A DNA stretch of 64,000 bases from contig JAWOCD010000005.1 of assembly GCA_046483985.1 (NCBI GenBank), positions 30,862 to 94,861 of the forward strand, given 5' to 3'. Under the pieces are notes generated by a model. The model had not been told where the DNA came from, searched no databases, and was given only the letters and a program-made list of their open reading frames with translations. Made by a program: the position numbers and the translations under genes. The stretch is from Promethearchaeia archaeon. GTDB taxonomy: Archaea; Asgardarchaeota; Lokiarchaeia; Sigyniarchaeales; SOKP01. Shown here in pieces: positions 28,156 through 38,251 of the stretch (position 1 is its first letter; each line of letters starts with the position of its first letter).

Positions 28156-29709
28156 ATGTTTGTCGCTGCACTAGATTTAGGCACTACGGGATGCCGAACA
28201 TTTATTTTTGACTTAGGAGGCAAAATCATTTCGAGTGCTTATGAAGAATGGGAAAGTTTCTATCCGCGTCCATCATATGTCGAGCAAGATGCGAATGCAT
28301 GGTGGGACTCAATTAAAAATACGATTGAATTAGCGCTCAAGAAGAGCGGAATAGATAAGCAAGAACTCGTCTCGCTTTCTGTTACAAACCAGCGAGAAAC
28401 TATCGTCCCAGTCAATAAGAAGGGAGAGCCGCTTCATAATGCAATTGTTTGGCAAGACAGACGCACCACAGATCAAGTAGACCTTATCAGAGAACGAGTA
28501 GGAGAAGAAAAAATATATGAAACCACGGGATTAACTATTGATCCTTATTTTTCGGCAACTAAAATTCTCTGGTTTAAACAGAGAAAACCGGAGATTTATA
28601 AAAAAACGCATAAATTTCTCTTGGTTTCCGATTTCATTATCCATAAACTGACAGGTAGATTTTGCACAGATTTTTCCAATGCATCGAGAACAATGTTATT
28701 TGATATTAATAATCTACGTTACTCCGAGAATATTGCCTCCGAATTAGAAATCGATTTAGATAAAATGCCCGAACCAATAGAAAGCGGTGTTGATATTGGG
28801 GAGATTAAAACAGATGAAACAGAATTTGATGAAAAAACTTTAGTTGTGACTGGCGCTGGAGATCAACAATCTGCTGCTCTGGGTGTGGGGGTTATTTCTC
28901 CTGGAGAAGTTAAATGCACCACGGGTACTGGGAGTTTTATTCTTTCATATCTCTCTGAGCCCAATTTTGATCCCCAGCGGCGTGTACTATGTAGTTGTCA
29001 TGCCATACCTGGGGCATGGGTACAAGAGGCGAGTATCTTTACTTCAGGAGCGATGTTGCGATGGTTTAGAGATGAATTAGGAATCCAAGAATGCTTAATT
29101 GCGGAAGAAAAGGGTATAGATCCCTACGAAGTAATGACTAGTGAGGCGGAAAAGTCAAAAATTGGAGCCAATGGCTTGGTACTTATACCTCATTTAGTTG
29201 GTGCGGGTGCACCCCATTGGAATCCTTTTGCGAAAGCTGTTTTGTTTGGATTATCGTTAGGTCATCAGCGTAGAGATGTCTACCGGGCGGGTCTCGAAGG
29301 TGTCGCCTTTGAAGTAAGAAAAAATATAGAAGTATTTAAAGAGATTGGGATTGAACCAAAAGAATTAAGGGTTACTGGGGGTGGTTCTCGTTCAGACCTT
29401 TGGAACCAAATTTATGCAGACGTCATAAAAATTACTTGTGTGCGAAATGAAATCGAAGAAGCTACTTCATTGGGAGCAGCAATATTAGCTGCAGCTGGTG
29501 CAGGACTTTTTCCTGATATATCAAAAGCGGCGGAAAAATTATGTAAAGTTGATAAAAAGTGGCTTTCTAATGAGAAAAATCATCAAATTTATAACGATTT
29601 ATACGATTTTTCCAAGAATTTCTATAATACCTTAAACAAGCAAAATATCTATAAGGATTTTAATGAACTTTTGCTTAAGTTGGAAGCCAAGGAAAAAATG
29701 GAAATTTAA
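28156..29709 (+). CDS. FGGY family carbohydrate kinase (glycerol kinase/xylulokinase-like)
   Basis: It has ALDLGTTGCRT, NQRETIV, AIVWQDRRT and the FGGY signature FSATKILWFKQR. Confidence 0.8.
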   Translation: MFVAALDLGTTGCRTFIFDLGGKIISSAYEEWESFYPRPSYVEQDANAWWDSIKNTIELALKKSGIDKQELVSLSVTNQRETIVPVNKKGEPLHNAIVWQDRRTTDQVDLIRERVGEEKIYETTGLTIDPYFSATKILWFKQRKPEIYKKTHKFLLVSDFIIHKLTGRFCTDFSNASRTMLFDINNLRYSENIASELEIDLDKMPEPIESGVDIGEIKTDETEFDEKTLVVTGAGDQQSAALGVGVISPGEVKCTTGTGSFILSYLSEPNFDPQRRVLCSCHAIPGAWVQEASIFTSGAMLRWFRDELGIQECLIAEEKGIDPYEVMTSEAEKSKIGANGLVLIPHLVGAGAPHWNPFAKAVLFGLSLGHQRRDVYRAGLEGVAFEVRKNIEVFKEIGIEPKELRVTGGGSRSDLWNQIYADVIKITCVRNEIEEATSLGAAILAAAGAGLFPDISKAAEKLCKVDKKWLSNEKNHQIYNDLYDFSKNFYNTLNKQNIYKDFNELLLKLEAKEKMEI

Positions 29710-29813
29710 AATTTTTTATACTTTCCTTTTTATTTAATTTTTAAATATAATATTAAAATATGAACTTGTCATATTTCTTACTAGACTTAATTATAATTTA
29801 ATGGGAAAACAAT

Positions 29814-30455
29814 ATGAGTGAAAATAAGTCGAAGGCTACAACCAGTGCAAAGAAAGAGATACTTCCAGATTTTGGAGAGTTTTCGAAAAATCAGAGGAGA
29901 ATTGCGTTAATGTTTTATATATCTATTGTAATCGCAGGATTAATTACAATTGGAGGTACAATTTATACAATTGCCGATTTGATAATGGCAACTGGTAAGA
30001 TGCAACTTTTTTTAGAACTCAGCCTCGGATTTAAAATTTCAATTATAGGGGGATTATTAGCGGGCCTATTTTTCTTGATAATTTTATTTTATGGCTTATA
30101 TAAGAAAGGAGTTAAATCTATCTTGCATACTCTCTTTAAAGAAAGAAAAGTTGCTGAAAGATATCAAAATAAATTATTGGTAAAAATAATTGCGGGAGCA
30201 TTAATGGTCAGTGTGTTTACGATCATTGTAGGGATTATATATTCCATATTTCAATACCTCTTAATTGGATTTATTCAGAGTTCTGAGGTTACTCTTGCCA
30301 ATATTTTTTCTAATTTCTTACCAGGTCAAATTGTTCTCTTGATTGGGGGGATTGTCTTTCTTATCATTGGACTCAGCTTTTTGTTCAACTATCTTTGGTA
30401 CAATGGCTATTACTTTATCATCCACCTCATTTATAGTCTCGAACCCGAAGAATAA
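29814..30455 (+). CDS. Integral membrane protein, function unknown
   Basis: It has about 5 hydrophobic helices in 213 aa. It is followed by a T-rich tandem TTTTTCTC tract. Confidence 0.5.
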   Translation: MSENKSKATTSAKKEILPDFGEFSKNQRRIALMFYISIVIAGLITIGGTIYTIADLIMATGKMQLFLELSLGFKISIIGGLLAGLFFLIILFYGLYKKGVKSILHTLFKERKVAERYQNKLLVKIIAGALMVSVFTIIVGIIYSIFQYLLIGFIQSSEVTLANIFSNFLPGQIVLLIGGIVFLIIGLSFLFNYLWYNGYYFIIHLIYSLEPEE

Positions 30456-30457
30456 AT

Positions 30458-30484
30458 TTTTCTCTTTTTTTCTCTTTTTTTCTC
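30458..30484 (+). terminator. Oligo-T rich tract (TTTTTCTC repeated), candidate archaeal terminator
   Basis: TTTTTCTCTTTTTTTCTCTTTTTTTCTC lies immediately after the stop at 30455. Confidence 0.4.
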
Positions 30485-30621
30485 AGTTTCAAACTTCTAG
30501 TCTCCAATAATTTCTCTTTTACTGAAAATCGGAAGTCTACCTTTCTTTAAATAGTACTCCCATTTATGTTAATTATAAAGATCTAAGATCGTTATAAACA
30601 AAAGCAGGCGATTTATCTCAT

Positions 30622-32151
30622 ATGTCGGAAAAAGTAGGTACGGTTTTAAACTATGAAAATTTGCCCGATGTCTCTAAATTCCCGTTTGTCATTAGTAAAC
30701 AAAGCAGTTTGGATGTAAAAAAGGGATTATTTGTCTATACGGAGTCCATGGAAGGATTTTTGATTGGCATTGTGGAAAAAATTGTACTCCTGAATGAATA
30801 TTTTTCAGATGCCTTAACCATTAAATCCTACAATACTAACACGAACCCTAATATCTTAAAGGGATTATTTCCTAGTGAAGATTTTGAATTTGCCATCGCC
30901 ATCGTGGGCTGCTTGGGTATTGTGCAATTCAGCGATGAGAATAAAAAAGAAATTGAAACGATCAAACGGATGGCTTATCCTGCCACCCCTGGAAAAGAGG
31001 TATTTTTAGTGAGCGAACAAATCTTGAATGCATTTATAGGTTTAGACAACCAGCAAGGCATTAACTTGGGAAACATTAAGGTGTCGGGATATCCGGCGAA
31101 GATCAATATGAATCGCCTTTTAAATAAACATTTTGCCATTTTAGCCATCTCGGGAGCGGGAAAAAGCTATCTAATGTCGGTTCTTATCGAAGAATTGTTG
31201 GAAAGGGAAGATAAGTACGGTACTCCGCAAGTTGTTTTAATTGATGTCCACGGCGAATATACGTATCTTAATGAGATTCCCGAATTAGTAAATCATATTA
31301 ACGTTCAAAACACTCGCTACTTTCAGATTGCGGTTCCTAAATTAAGTGCATATAAATATCAAAAATTTCAGAGAAATATCTCAAACGTACAAGTCCGTGA
31401 ACTTGCGAAATATATTAGGGAATTACGCAAAGATGATGAAAAACATGGGATCTTTTCACTTTCAGATATTATAGATAAGTTGGAATGTGATGAGGAGATA
31501 AGTAAAAGTACACGACAAGCATTAACTCAGTGGTTATTAGATCTGCAGCGTCTTCAGCTATTTGGCCCCCAAGAAAATCCAAAATTAACGAATTTAATTA
31601 AAGAAAAGAAACTCACTATTTTTGACCTTTCAAATGAAATAAATTTACGGAAAAAACAAATTATAGTCAATTATATCTCCGAGCGTCTATTTAACCTCAG
31701 AAGGAGGGATAAGATCCCACCATTTTTAATTGTGATCGAAGAAGCCCACCAATTTTGTCCGGAAGCGAAATTGTCAAAAGCGATCTCTAAACCTATCATA
31801 GAAACAATTGCCCGGGAAGGAAGAAAATTTATGTCTTGCCTTGCTCTTATAAGTCAGAGACCTAAAAAATTGAGTGTCACTGCACTTTCCCAGATGAATT
31901 CAAAACTGGTTTTAAATATTAAGAATCCCTACGATTTAAGGCATTTAATGGATAGTTCTGAAGCAATTACAAAAGAATATGCGGAGATAATTTCCAGTTT
32001 AGGAATTGGGGAAATGCTATTAATGGGGAATGCAGTAAATTTTCCGATTTTTTTAAACGTACGACAAAGACATTTCACATCTAATGAGGATGAATTATCT
32101 CTTGCGGATGTATGTTTAAAATGGCAAAAAAAACAATTGGAGCAAAAATAA
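30622..32151 (+). CDS. HerA-like (DUF87) FtsK/HerA superfamily ATPase
   Basis: It has an N-terminal HAS-barrel-like region and Walker A AISGAGKSY. It also has VVLIDVHGEY, Walker B/sensor LIVIEEAHQF and ISQRP. Confidence 0.75.
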   Translation: MSEKVGTVLNYENLPDVSKFPFVISKQSSLDVKKGLFVYTESMEGFLIGIVEKIVLLNEYFSDALTIKSYNTNTNPNILKGLFPSEDFEFAIAIVGCLGIVQFSDENKKEIETIKRMAYPATPGKEVFLVSEQILNAFIGLDNQQGINLGNIKVSGYPAKINMNRLLNKHFAILAISGAGKSYLMSVLIEELLEREDKYGTPQVVLIDVHGEYTYLNEIPELVNHINVQNTRYFQIAVPKLSAYKYQKFQRNISNVQVRELAKYIRELRKDDEKHGIFSLSDIIDKLECDEEISKSTRQALTQWLLDLQRLQLFGPQENPKLTNLIKEKKLTIFDLSNEINLRKKQIIVNYISERLFNLRRRDKIPPFLIVIEEAHQFCPEAKLSKAISKPIIETIAREGRKFMSCLALISQRPKKLSVTALSQMNSKLVLNIKNPYDLRHLMDSSEAITKEYAEIISSLGIGEMLLMGNAVNFPIFLNVRQRHFTSNEDELSLADVCLKWQKKQLEQK

Positions 32152-32156
32152 TCCTA

Positions 32157-32429
32157 TTAAGTTAAATCTTTTAAAATATCCTTTTTTAAAGCTCTAGTTC
32201 GTTTGTTTAATACGATCATTTTTTTCCGACGTGAAATTCTGAAAACATTTATAATATTTTGAGACTCTAATTTCATGAAATATTCTTCTAACTGAATAGG
32301 GTTAATAAAGGGATATTCTTTCCGAAGTAATTCTTCCAAACGCCTATCTAGAATCTCACCTCTATTGTCGACTATAATATCTAAAATTTCGTTTACTATT
32401 GGTTTATATACCCATCTCTTTTTACTCAT
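32157..32429 (-). CDS. Small basic protein (possible winged-helix), function unknown
   Basis: It is a 90 aa ORF convergent with the HerA-like gene. No motif is recognised. Confidence 0.4.
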   Translation of the reverse strand: MSKKRWVYKPIVNEILDIIVDNRGEILDRRLEELLRKEYPFINPIQLEEYFMKLESQNIINVFRISRRKKMIVLNKRTRALKKDILKDLT

Positions 32430-32550
32430 AACTATTCACCTTTATCATTTTTTTAATCATTTTAGGTAATACATTATATATTTAAGATTATATAAAATAA
32501 GCTGAACCTTCTATATAGTAAGAAATAACGATGTAATTAAATATTTGTGT

Positions 32551-34770
32551 TTAGACGAACAGTGACTTTTCTTCATCGGAACGATGAGAAGAGACTCGAC
32601 GTTGTTTCAATTTATCTTGATAATCTTCGTACCATTGAACAATATCATCGTTAATACTGGCGCTAACGAATTCTCTTGCTCGCTCAAAATGATTCATATT
32701 TACCGTTCGTGCTCTAATATTATCTCGTAATGCGATCATCGCTGCTTCCCGGCAGAATGTTTCAATATCTGCTCCTGAAAATCCTTCGGTCATTTTTATT
32801 ACTTTATCTACCTCTACATCTGTGGAGAGTGGCATTGGTTCAGCAAATATTTCAAAAATCTCTTCTCTTTCTTCCTTATTGGGAGCAGGCACCAATAATA
32901 TTCGATCAATCCGACCGGGACGAATCAGAGCTGGATCAAGGATATCTGGCCGGTTAGTTGCGGCGATAACTACAATATCCTTATTGACTTCTAATCCATC
33001 TAATTCTGTGAGAAATTGAGATAATACTTTTTCGGTCACACCCGAGTCTGAAGTATGCCTTCCACGGCTTGGTGCAAGAGAGTCAAATTCGTCAAAGAAA
33101 ATAATACATGGTGCTGCCATTTTTGCTTTTCTAAATACTTCCCGAATTGCCTTTTCACTTTCACCTACCCATTTCGAGAGGAGCTCTGGTCCTTTGATTG
33201 AGATGAAATTAGCTTTACTTTCAGTTGCAACCGCGCGTGCTAAGAGTGTCTTGCCGCACCCTGGTGGACCATATAGAAGGATCCCTTTAGGTGGGGTAAT
33301 ACCCATGCGAGAAAATACTTTCGTATTTGAAATAGGCCAATTTACCGATTCAATTAATTTTTGTTTTAAATCGTCTAGTCCTCCTACTTCATCCCACGAG
33401 ACATTCGGAATTTCGACAAATACCTCCCGAATTCCTGAGGGGAGAACTTCCTTTAAAGCTTCCTGAAAGTCTTCCCTCGAAACTTGAATTTGTTCCAATA
33501 ATTCTGGATCTATTATCTCGGATTCCAAATTAATTTCCGGAAGATACCTACGTAATGCTGACATCGCCGCTTCACGAGATACTGCCGAAATATCTGCCCC
33601 TACAAAACCATGTGTTATTTTTGCATACTCTTTAAGGGAGATTTCCTTATCCAAGGGCATATTTCTGGTATGGATCTGAAAAATCTCTAATCTCCCTTTT
33701 TCGTCTGGTACTTTTATTTCAATCTCCCGATCAAATCTCCCAGGGCGGCGTAAAGCAGGATCTAAACTATTAGGACGGTTTGTGGCCCCGATGACTATAA
33801 CTCTTCCTCTACTATGTAATCCGTCCATTAACGCTAATAATTGTGCGACCACGCGACGTTCCACTTCGCCAGTTACATTTTCCCTTTTTGGAGCGATTGC
33901 ATCAATCTCATCAATAAAAATTATCGAAGGGCTCTTTTCCTCGGCCTCGACAAAGATATTTCTTAATTTCTTTTCAGATTCTCCATAAAATTTGCTCATA
34001 ACTTCTGGGCCATTAATTGAAATAAAATGAGCTTCGCTTTCATTGGCTACAGCTTTTGCTAACAAGGTCTTTCCACATCCTGGGGGCCCTCTTAAAAGTA
34101 CACCTTTCGGTGGGTCGATTCCAAGTCTCTTAAATAATGAAGGATGACGGAGAGGTAATTCAACCATTTCCCGAACACGCTGTATTTCTTTATCTAGTCC
34201 ACCAACATCTTCATAGGTGATATAAGTACCCTCATCGATACCTTCCGAGATTCTTTCACTGATATGAAGGTTAGTCTCACTTGTTATAATACAGACGCCT
34301 TTTGGTCTTAAATTCGTTACTTTAAAGGTTAGCTCTCTACTAATCCCAATTGAAATAATAATATAATCGTCCATAGTTATGGGTAATTTGTTTAATCTTC
34401 TCTTGACAAATGATTCAAATTTAGAATTAGTTTTGATAGTAATATTAGAAGCCGAAAGTACTACTGTATCAGCTTCCATTTTTTTAACCTTTTTTACTTC
34501 CACGGTATCATCTATACTAGTCCCAGTATTTTTTCTTAATCGAGAATCAATGCGTGCTATTTGAAGACCGTTATCTTGTGGGTAACTTGGCCATGCAATT
34601 CCAGCGCTTTTTTTTTTGCCTTCTATTGCAATTATGTCGCCTGTTTCAATATTTAATTTTTCCATTGTTTCTTGATCTATTCGGATGATATTCCGTCCAA
34701 CGTCACGCTTTTTCGCTTTTTGAATTCTTAAGGTAACGCTTCTATTGCTATCATCATTATCTGGCGTCAT
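32551..34770 (-). CDS. cdc48: AAA+ ATPase Cdc48/VCP/VAT
   Basis: It has an N-domain ([33 protein letters not shown]) and two AAA modules, each with GPPGCGKT. The Walker B motifs are FIDEID and FFDEFD. Confidence 0.95.
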   Translation of the reverse strand: MTPDNDDSNRSVTLRIQKAKKRDVGRNIIRIDQETMEKLNIETGDIIAIEGKKKSAGIAWPSYPQDNGLQIARIDSRLRKNTGTSIDDTVEVKKVKKMEADTVVLSASNITIKTNSKFESFVKRRLNKLPITMDDYIIISIGISRELTFKVTNLRPKGVCIITSETNLHISERISEGIDEGTYITYEDVGGLDKEIQRVREMVELPLRHPSLFKRLGIDPPKGVLLRGPPGCGKTLLAKAVANESEAHFISINGPEVMSKFYGESEKKLRNIFVEAEEKSPSIIFIDEIDAIAPKRENVTGEVERRVVAQLLALMDGLHSRGRVIVIGATNRPNSLDPALRRPGRFDREIEIKVPDEKGRLEIFQIHTRNMPLDKEISLKEYAKITHGFVGADISAVSREAAMSALRRYLPEINLESEIIDPELLEQIQVSREDFQEALKEVLPSGIREVFVEIPNVSWDEVGGLDDLKQKLIESVNWPISNTKVFSRMGITPPKGILLYGPPGCGKTLLARAVATESKANFISIKGPELLSKWVGESEKAIREVFRKAKMAAPCIIFFDEFDSLAPSRGRHTSDSGVTEKVLSQFLTELDGLEVNKDIVVIAATNRPDILDPALIRPGRIDRILLVPAPNKEEREEIFEIFAEPMPLSTDVEVDKVIKMTEGFSGADIETFCREAAMIALRDNIRARTVNMNHFERAREFVSASINDDIVQWYEDYQDKLKQRRVSSHRSDEEKSLFV

Positions 34771-34863
34771 GTAATCTTCCTTTTTGATTTCTTTAAAAAA
34801 TAATTATTCCTTTATTAAAAAAAGAAATTATTTCGTTTTAATTTTTTGCTTTTTCTTAAAATT

Positions 34864-35913
34864 TCATTTAAAGAACGTATCTAACGAGGTTTGCTTGGAA
34901 TTTCTTTTCAACTTTTTAAGTCGCTCTAATGCGTTTTTTACCCGTTGAGTTGAAAAATTATGTTGTTCAATCAGCAATTCTTCAACTTTTTCATAATTTA
35001 CACTTTTCCATTTTGGCTTTGGATAATCCTTATTCACATTCGGGTTTAGAAATATATCCTTCACTTGCTCTATGATACTTGAATCGATTTGGATTTTTTT
35101 TTTTCCAATTGTAATTTCTTGTTCCATCAGATTTTCAATTGATCCGTATTCTTTAATGAGATCATAGGCTTTATGTTGACCAATCCCTTTAATACCTTGA
35201 AAAAAATCAGTTCCGATTAAAATCCCCATATCAACTAATTGCTCTTGGGAAATGTCCAAATGCTCTAAAAGTTTTGTTAGATTAATATATTCAATGTCTA
35301 AAGTAATTGTAGTGTTCTTAACCTTTTTACTCCGCTTCACAGCAAAATTACGGATTAGACGGTCTCCACCAAATAAGAGAGTGTCATAATCTTGAGATGC
35401 TATCCCCCATGCATCCCCTTGTTGTACCATATACGCTGATTGTGCTTCCCCTTCCGAATTCGCTTGAACCACGGGAACTCCAAGATGATCAATCAGTTTT
35501 TTTCCTTCCTCGATCATATTCGGGGTCAGTTTTGAGGTCTGTTGGGCATATTTTCGGGCTTCTTCGTAATTTTCCGCCTCTTGGGCTTCAATCATTTTTT
35601 CTTTTGCTTCCTTTTTAATATCCTTTCTTTCTTGGATTGTGTCCAATTTTAATCTGGAGGGTTCTCCGTCAAACACATAAATAGGTTTAATCTCATTTTC
35701 CAGAAAATTAATAGTACGATAAAAGAGCCCTGAAAGATGAGAAGTTATATTTCCTTCATAATCTTTTAAAGGAGTTCCATCTCTTTGGCGGATAATTGCC
35801 AAAAACTGATAAATGGTATTAAAAGCATCAATTGCTATTTTCTTATTAAAAAGGTTTTCAAACGTAATGGCTTTTTTAACGTCTTTGAGGAGTTCATTTA
35901 TTTTTGTTCCCAT
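34864..35913 (-). CDS. fen: Flap endonuclease 1
   Basis: It has MGTKINELL, AIDAFNTIYQFL, YVFDGEP and H3TH GIKGIG. ATG 35913 is preceded by GGTGAT with 4 nt spacing, so it is preferred over the GTG at 35925. Confidence 0.9.
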   Translation of the reverse strand: MGTKINELLKDVKKAITFENLFNKKIAIDAFNTIYQFLAIIRQRDGTPLKDYEGNITSHLSGLFYRTINFLENEIKPIYVFDGEPSRLKLDTIQERKDIKKEAKEKMIEAQEAENYEEARKYAQQTSKLTPNMIEEGKKLIDHLGVPVVQANSEGEAQSAYMVQQGDAWGIASQDYDTLLFGGDRLIRNFAVKRSKKVKNTTITLDIEYINLTKLLEHLDISQEQLVDMGILIGTDFFQGIKGIGQHKAYDLIKEYGSIENLMEQEITIGKKKIQIDSSIIEQVKDIFLNPNVNKDYPKPKWKSVNYEKVEELLIEQHNFSTQRVKNALERLKKLKRNSKQTSLDTFFK

Positions 35914-35963
35914 GATGATCACCACTAAATTTACAACTTAATAATAAGGAATTATCGTTATAA

Positions 35964-36524
35964 TTATTTTTTCATTCTGCGTTTTAACTTTTCCCCACAG
36001 AATTCACAAGGTTCCTCCAAGTGCTCAGCATCATAGACTTTTTTACAAAAGGGACAATAAACCTCCCATTTAATTTTTTTTGTTATCCCTCTTTTACCTA
36101 AAGGAGAATAAGGAATGGCGAGTTCTTGAGAGACATTTTCCATTGAATAATCGTTTGATAACAGGATTATCTTCTCCTTTCCGTGTAACTTACTTAAATC
36201 GAATGCTAAAGCAATAAGTTCCTTATCAGCCCTACTTAATGCTTTCATATCCCCTGTGTGCTTTGAAATCTTTTCGACATGTTGAAGGGACTCCTGGGAT
36301 GGAATTTGAACAATTAACTTTTTGCCTTCAATAGCGGCGTGAATCCGGTTTAAGATATTTCGATTTTTATGATGATAACGTTTTACTTTAATTTCTTCGA
36401 TAATAGAAGGAGTTGTATACAACTTCCCTTTGAATAAATTAAAAGAAACCCCTTGTAAAAAGATGTTTGTATCTAAAATGAAGATTGATTTGTTCATGAA
36501 TTTTCCGCTCATAAAAATCCTCAA
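35964..36524 (-). CDS. nob1: Nob1-like PIN-domain endonuclease with C-terminal zinc ribbon
   Basis: It has PIN FILDTNIFL...SNDYS and the zinc ribbon CPFCKKVY...CEFCGEKL. Confidence 0.7.
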   Translation of the reverse strand: MRIFMSGKFMNKSIFILDTNIFLQGVSFNLFKGKLYTTPSIIEEIKVKRYHHKNRNILNRIHAAIEGKKLIVQIPSQESLQHVEKISKHTGDMKALSRADKELIALAFDLSKLHGKEKIILLSNDYSMENVSQELAIPYSPLGKRGITKKIKWEVYCPFCKKVYDAEHLEEPCEFCGEKLKRRMKK

Positions 36525-36566
36525 TTTGTTTAAGACTTTCCTTAGAGATTAAGGTGACCTCGCAAA

Positions 36567-37481
36567 CTATTCTTCTGGACTATCGTCCAAAGGAACGTTT
36601 ACGGTCCCGATTATTTTCTTTCTCAACCTTGTGAAATAACTTGACCGAGAACCATTGTCCGTAAATCGTATGAACTTTACTGATTTTTCAGATCCCCTTA
36701 TAAGTATACGGGAATTAGGAGCAACATCTTTAATTACTTCTTGTCCATCAATTACGACTTTTCCATTTAATCGGGGTCTTAATAATTTGATTTCTATTTC
36801 TGAATCGAGAGGCAAGATGATTGGTTTTAAACCCGATTGGGCATAACTATTTAAGGGTGTAATTTGAATAACGTCTAGATCTGGAGATACTATCGCCCCT
36901 CCCGCGCTTAAATTATATGCTGTTGAGCCTATAGCCGTCGAGAGGATAATCCCATCTAAATAACTTCTATTCAAGAAGATTCCGTTAACTTTAACCGAAA
37001 TCTGTAAAACCTTGGAGTGTTTTGAAGAAACAATTAGGACCTCATTTAAAGCATTATTAAGTTTAATTTTTTTTCCTTCCTTATTAAATAAATAAGGGGT
37101 AATTTGAGAACATTTTTCAATCACATAATCTTCATTGAGTAATTTTTCAATATCATCAAAAATTCTATGATCGGTTGATTCATCGAGAAACCCAATTGAG
37201 CCCACGTTAACCCCTAAAATTGGGGGGGGATTTTTATGGGTTAAGCCTTGAGCGACCCTCAATATGCTTCCATCCCCTCCAAAACTGATAAGAAATTTGA
37301 TTTCCGAGGAATTCATTTGTGCTAAATCCATTCCATTATGGGGAAAGATTTTCGGGGCAATTCTTGTTTCTAGATAAACAACTTCCCCCTTTTTAATTAA
37401 ATATTCAAATATTTTTTTTGCAAGCTTTAACGCTTCTTCGGAGTCCATTCTGGATGCGATTGCAATTGCCTTTTTTGCCAT
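36567..37481 (-). CDS. nadK: NAD kinase
   Basis: It has FGGDGSILR and the NE/TAYNLSAGG motifs, in 304 aa. Confidence 0.85.
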   Translation of the reverse strand: MAKKAIAIASRMDSEEALKLAKKIFEYLIKKGEVVYLETRIAPKIFPHNGMDLAQMNSSEIKFLISFGGDGSILRVAQGLTHKNPPPILGVNVGSIGFLDESTDHRIFDDIEKLLNEDYVIEKCSQITPYLFNKEGKKIKLNNALNEVLIVSSKHSKVLQISVKVNGIFLNRSYLDGIILSTAIGSTAYNLSAGGAIVSPDLDVIQITPLNSYAQSGLKPIILPLDSEIEIKLLRPRLNGKVVIDGQEVIKDVAPNSRILIRGSEKSVKFIRFTDNGSRSSYFTRLRKKIIGTVNVPLDDSPEE

Positions 37482-37571
37482 TTAATTTAACTTGCTCCTT
37501 GGTCTTTAAAATTAAAATAATAAGAAAAATTTGTAAAAAAAGAGGATTCGACCCTTCGTCAAGGACTCAGT

Positions 37572-38000
37572 TTAATCAATAATAATACGATGAATTAATG
37601 TTCTACCTGCAACTTTCCAATACTCTATCCGTGCCGAAGCCATTTCGTCTGGATTTTCACGTAACTCTTCAACTTTCTTTTTCAATTTTTCCTCACGGGG
37701 CCATTTTATATCCAATGATTCATATGACTCTAAATCCATAATGTTAATTACATTATCCTCAATATAATTTATTTGAGCCGAACTTTTAATTATTTCGGGG
37801 ACCATCACAGTTGAACCGCTGGGATACGTCTCACTTCGCTTGTTCTCATCAAACATCCCCTCGCAAATAACTCTTACTTTGGCATGCCCGTGTTTCCCAG
37901 ATTTACTTCGCTCAGTGCTCTTAATGATACATGGTTCATCGTCGACCATTAAATAATTCCCCGATTTTAATTTTTGTATCTCCTTTCTAAAATAGGACAT
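37572..38000 (-). CDS. eif5a: Translation initiation factor 5A (aIF5A)
   Basis: It has the hypusine-loop SKSGKHGHAKV, in 142 aa. Confidence 0.9.
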   Translation of the reverse strand: MSYFRKEIQKLKSGNYLMVDDEPCIIKSTERSKSGKHGHAKVRVICEGMFDENKRSETYPSGSTVMVPEIIKSSAQINYIEDNVINIMDLESYESLDIKWPREEKLKKKVEELRENPDEMASARIEYWKVAGRTLIHRIIID

Positions 38001-38251
38001 TAGTTTATTCTTTCCTTTTTCTTTTTTAATAATTAATTAAATTTTAAGCTTATAATTTAATTATTTAAAATCGTAAAAAAATTTTATCTTTTAAATCTTT
38101 TAATCACAAATTTGGCTTTTAATTCTAGAAGTTCTTCCAAAATTTTATTATGCTGATTTTTCTTTTAAGTTATACGAACGAATGTTAAGCAAAAAAATAT
38201 TAATTTTTAAGCACAAATAGAATTAGAAAGAAATATTAAATTGATGGTTAT

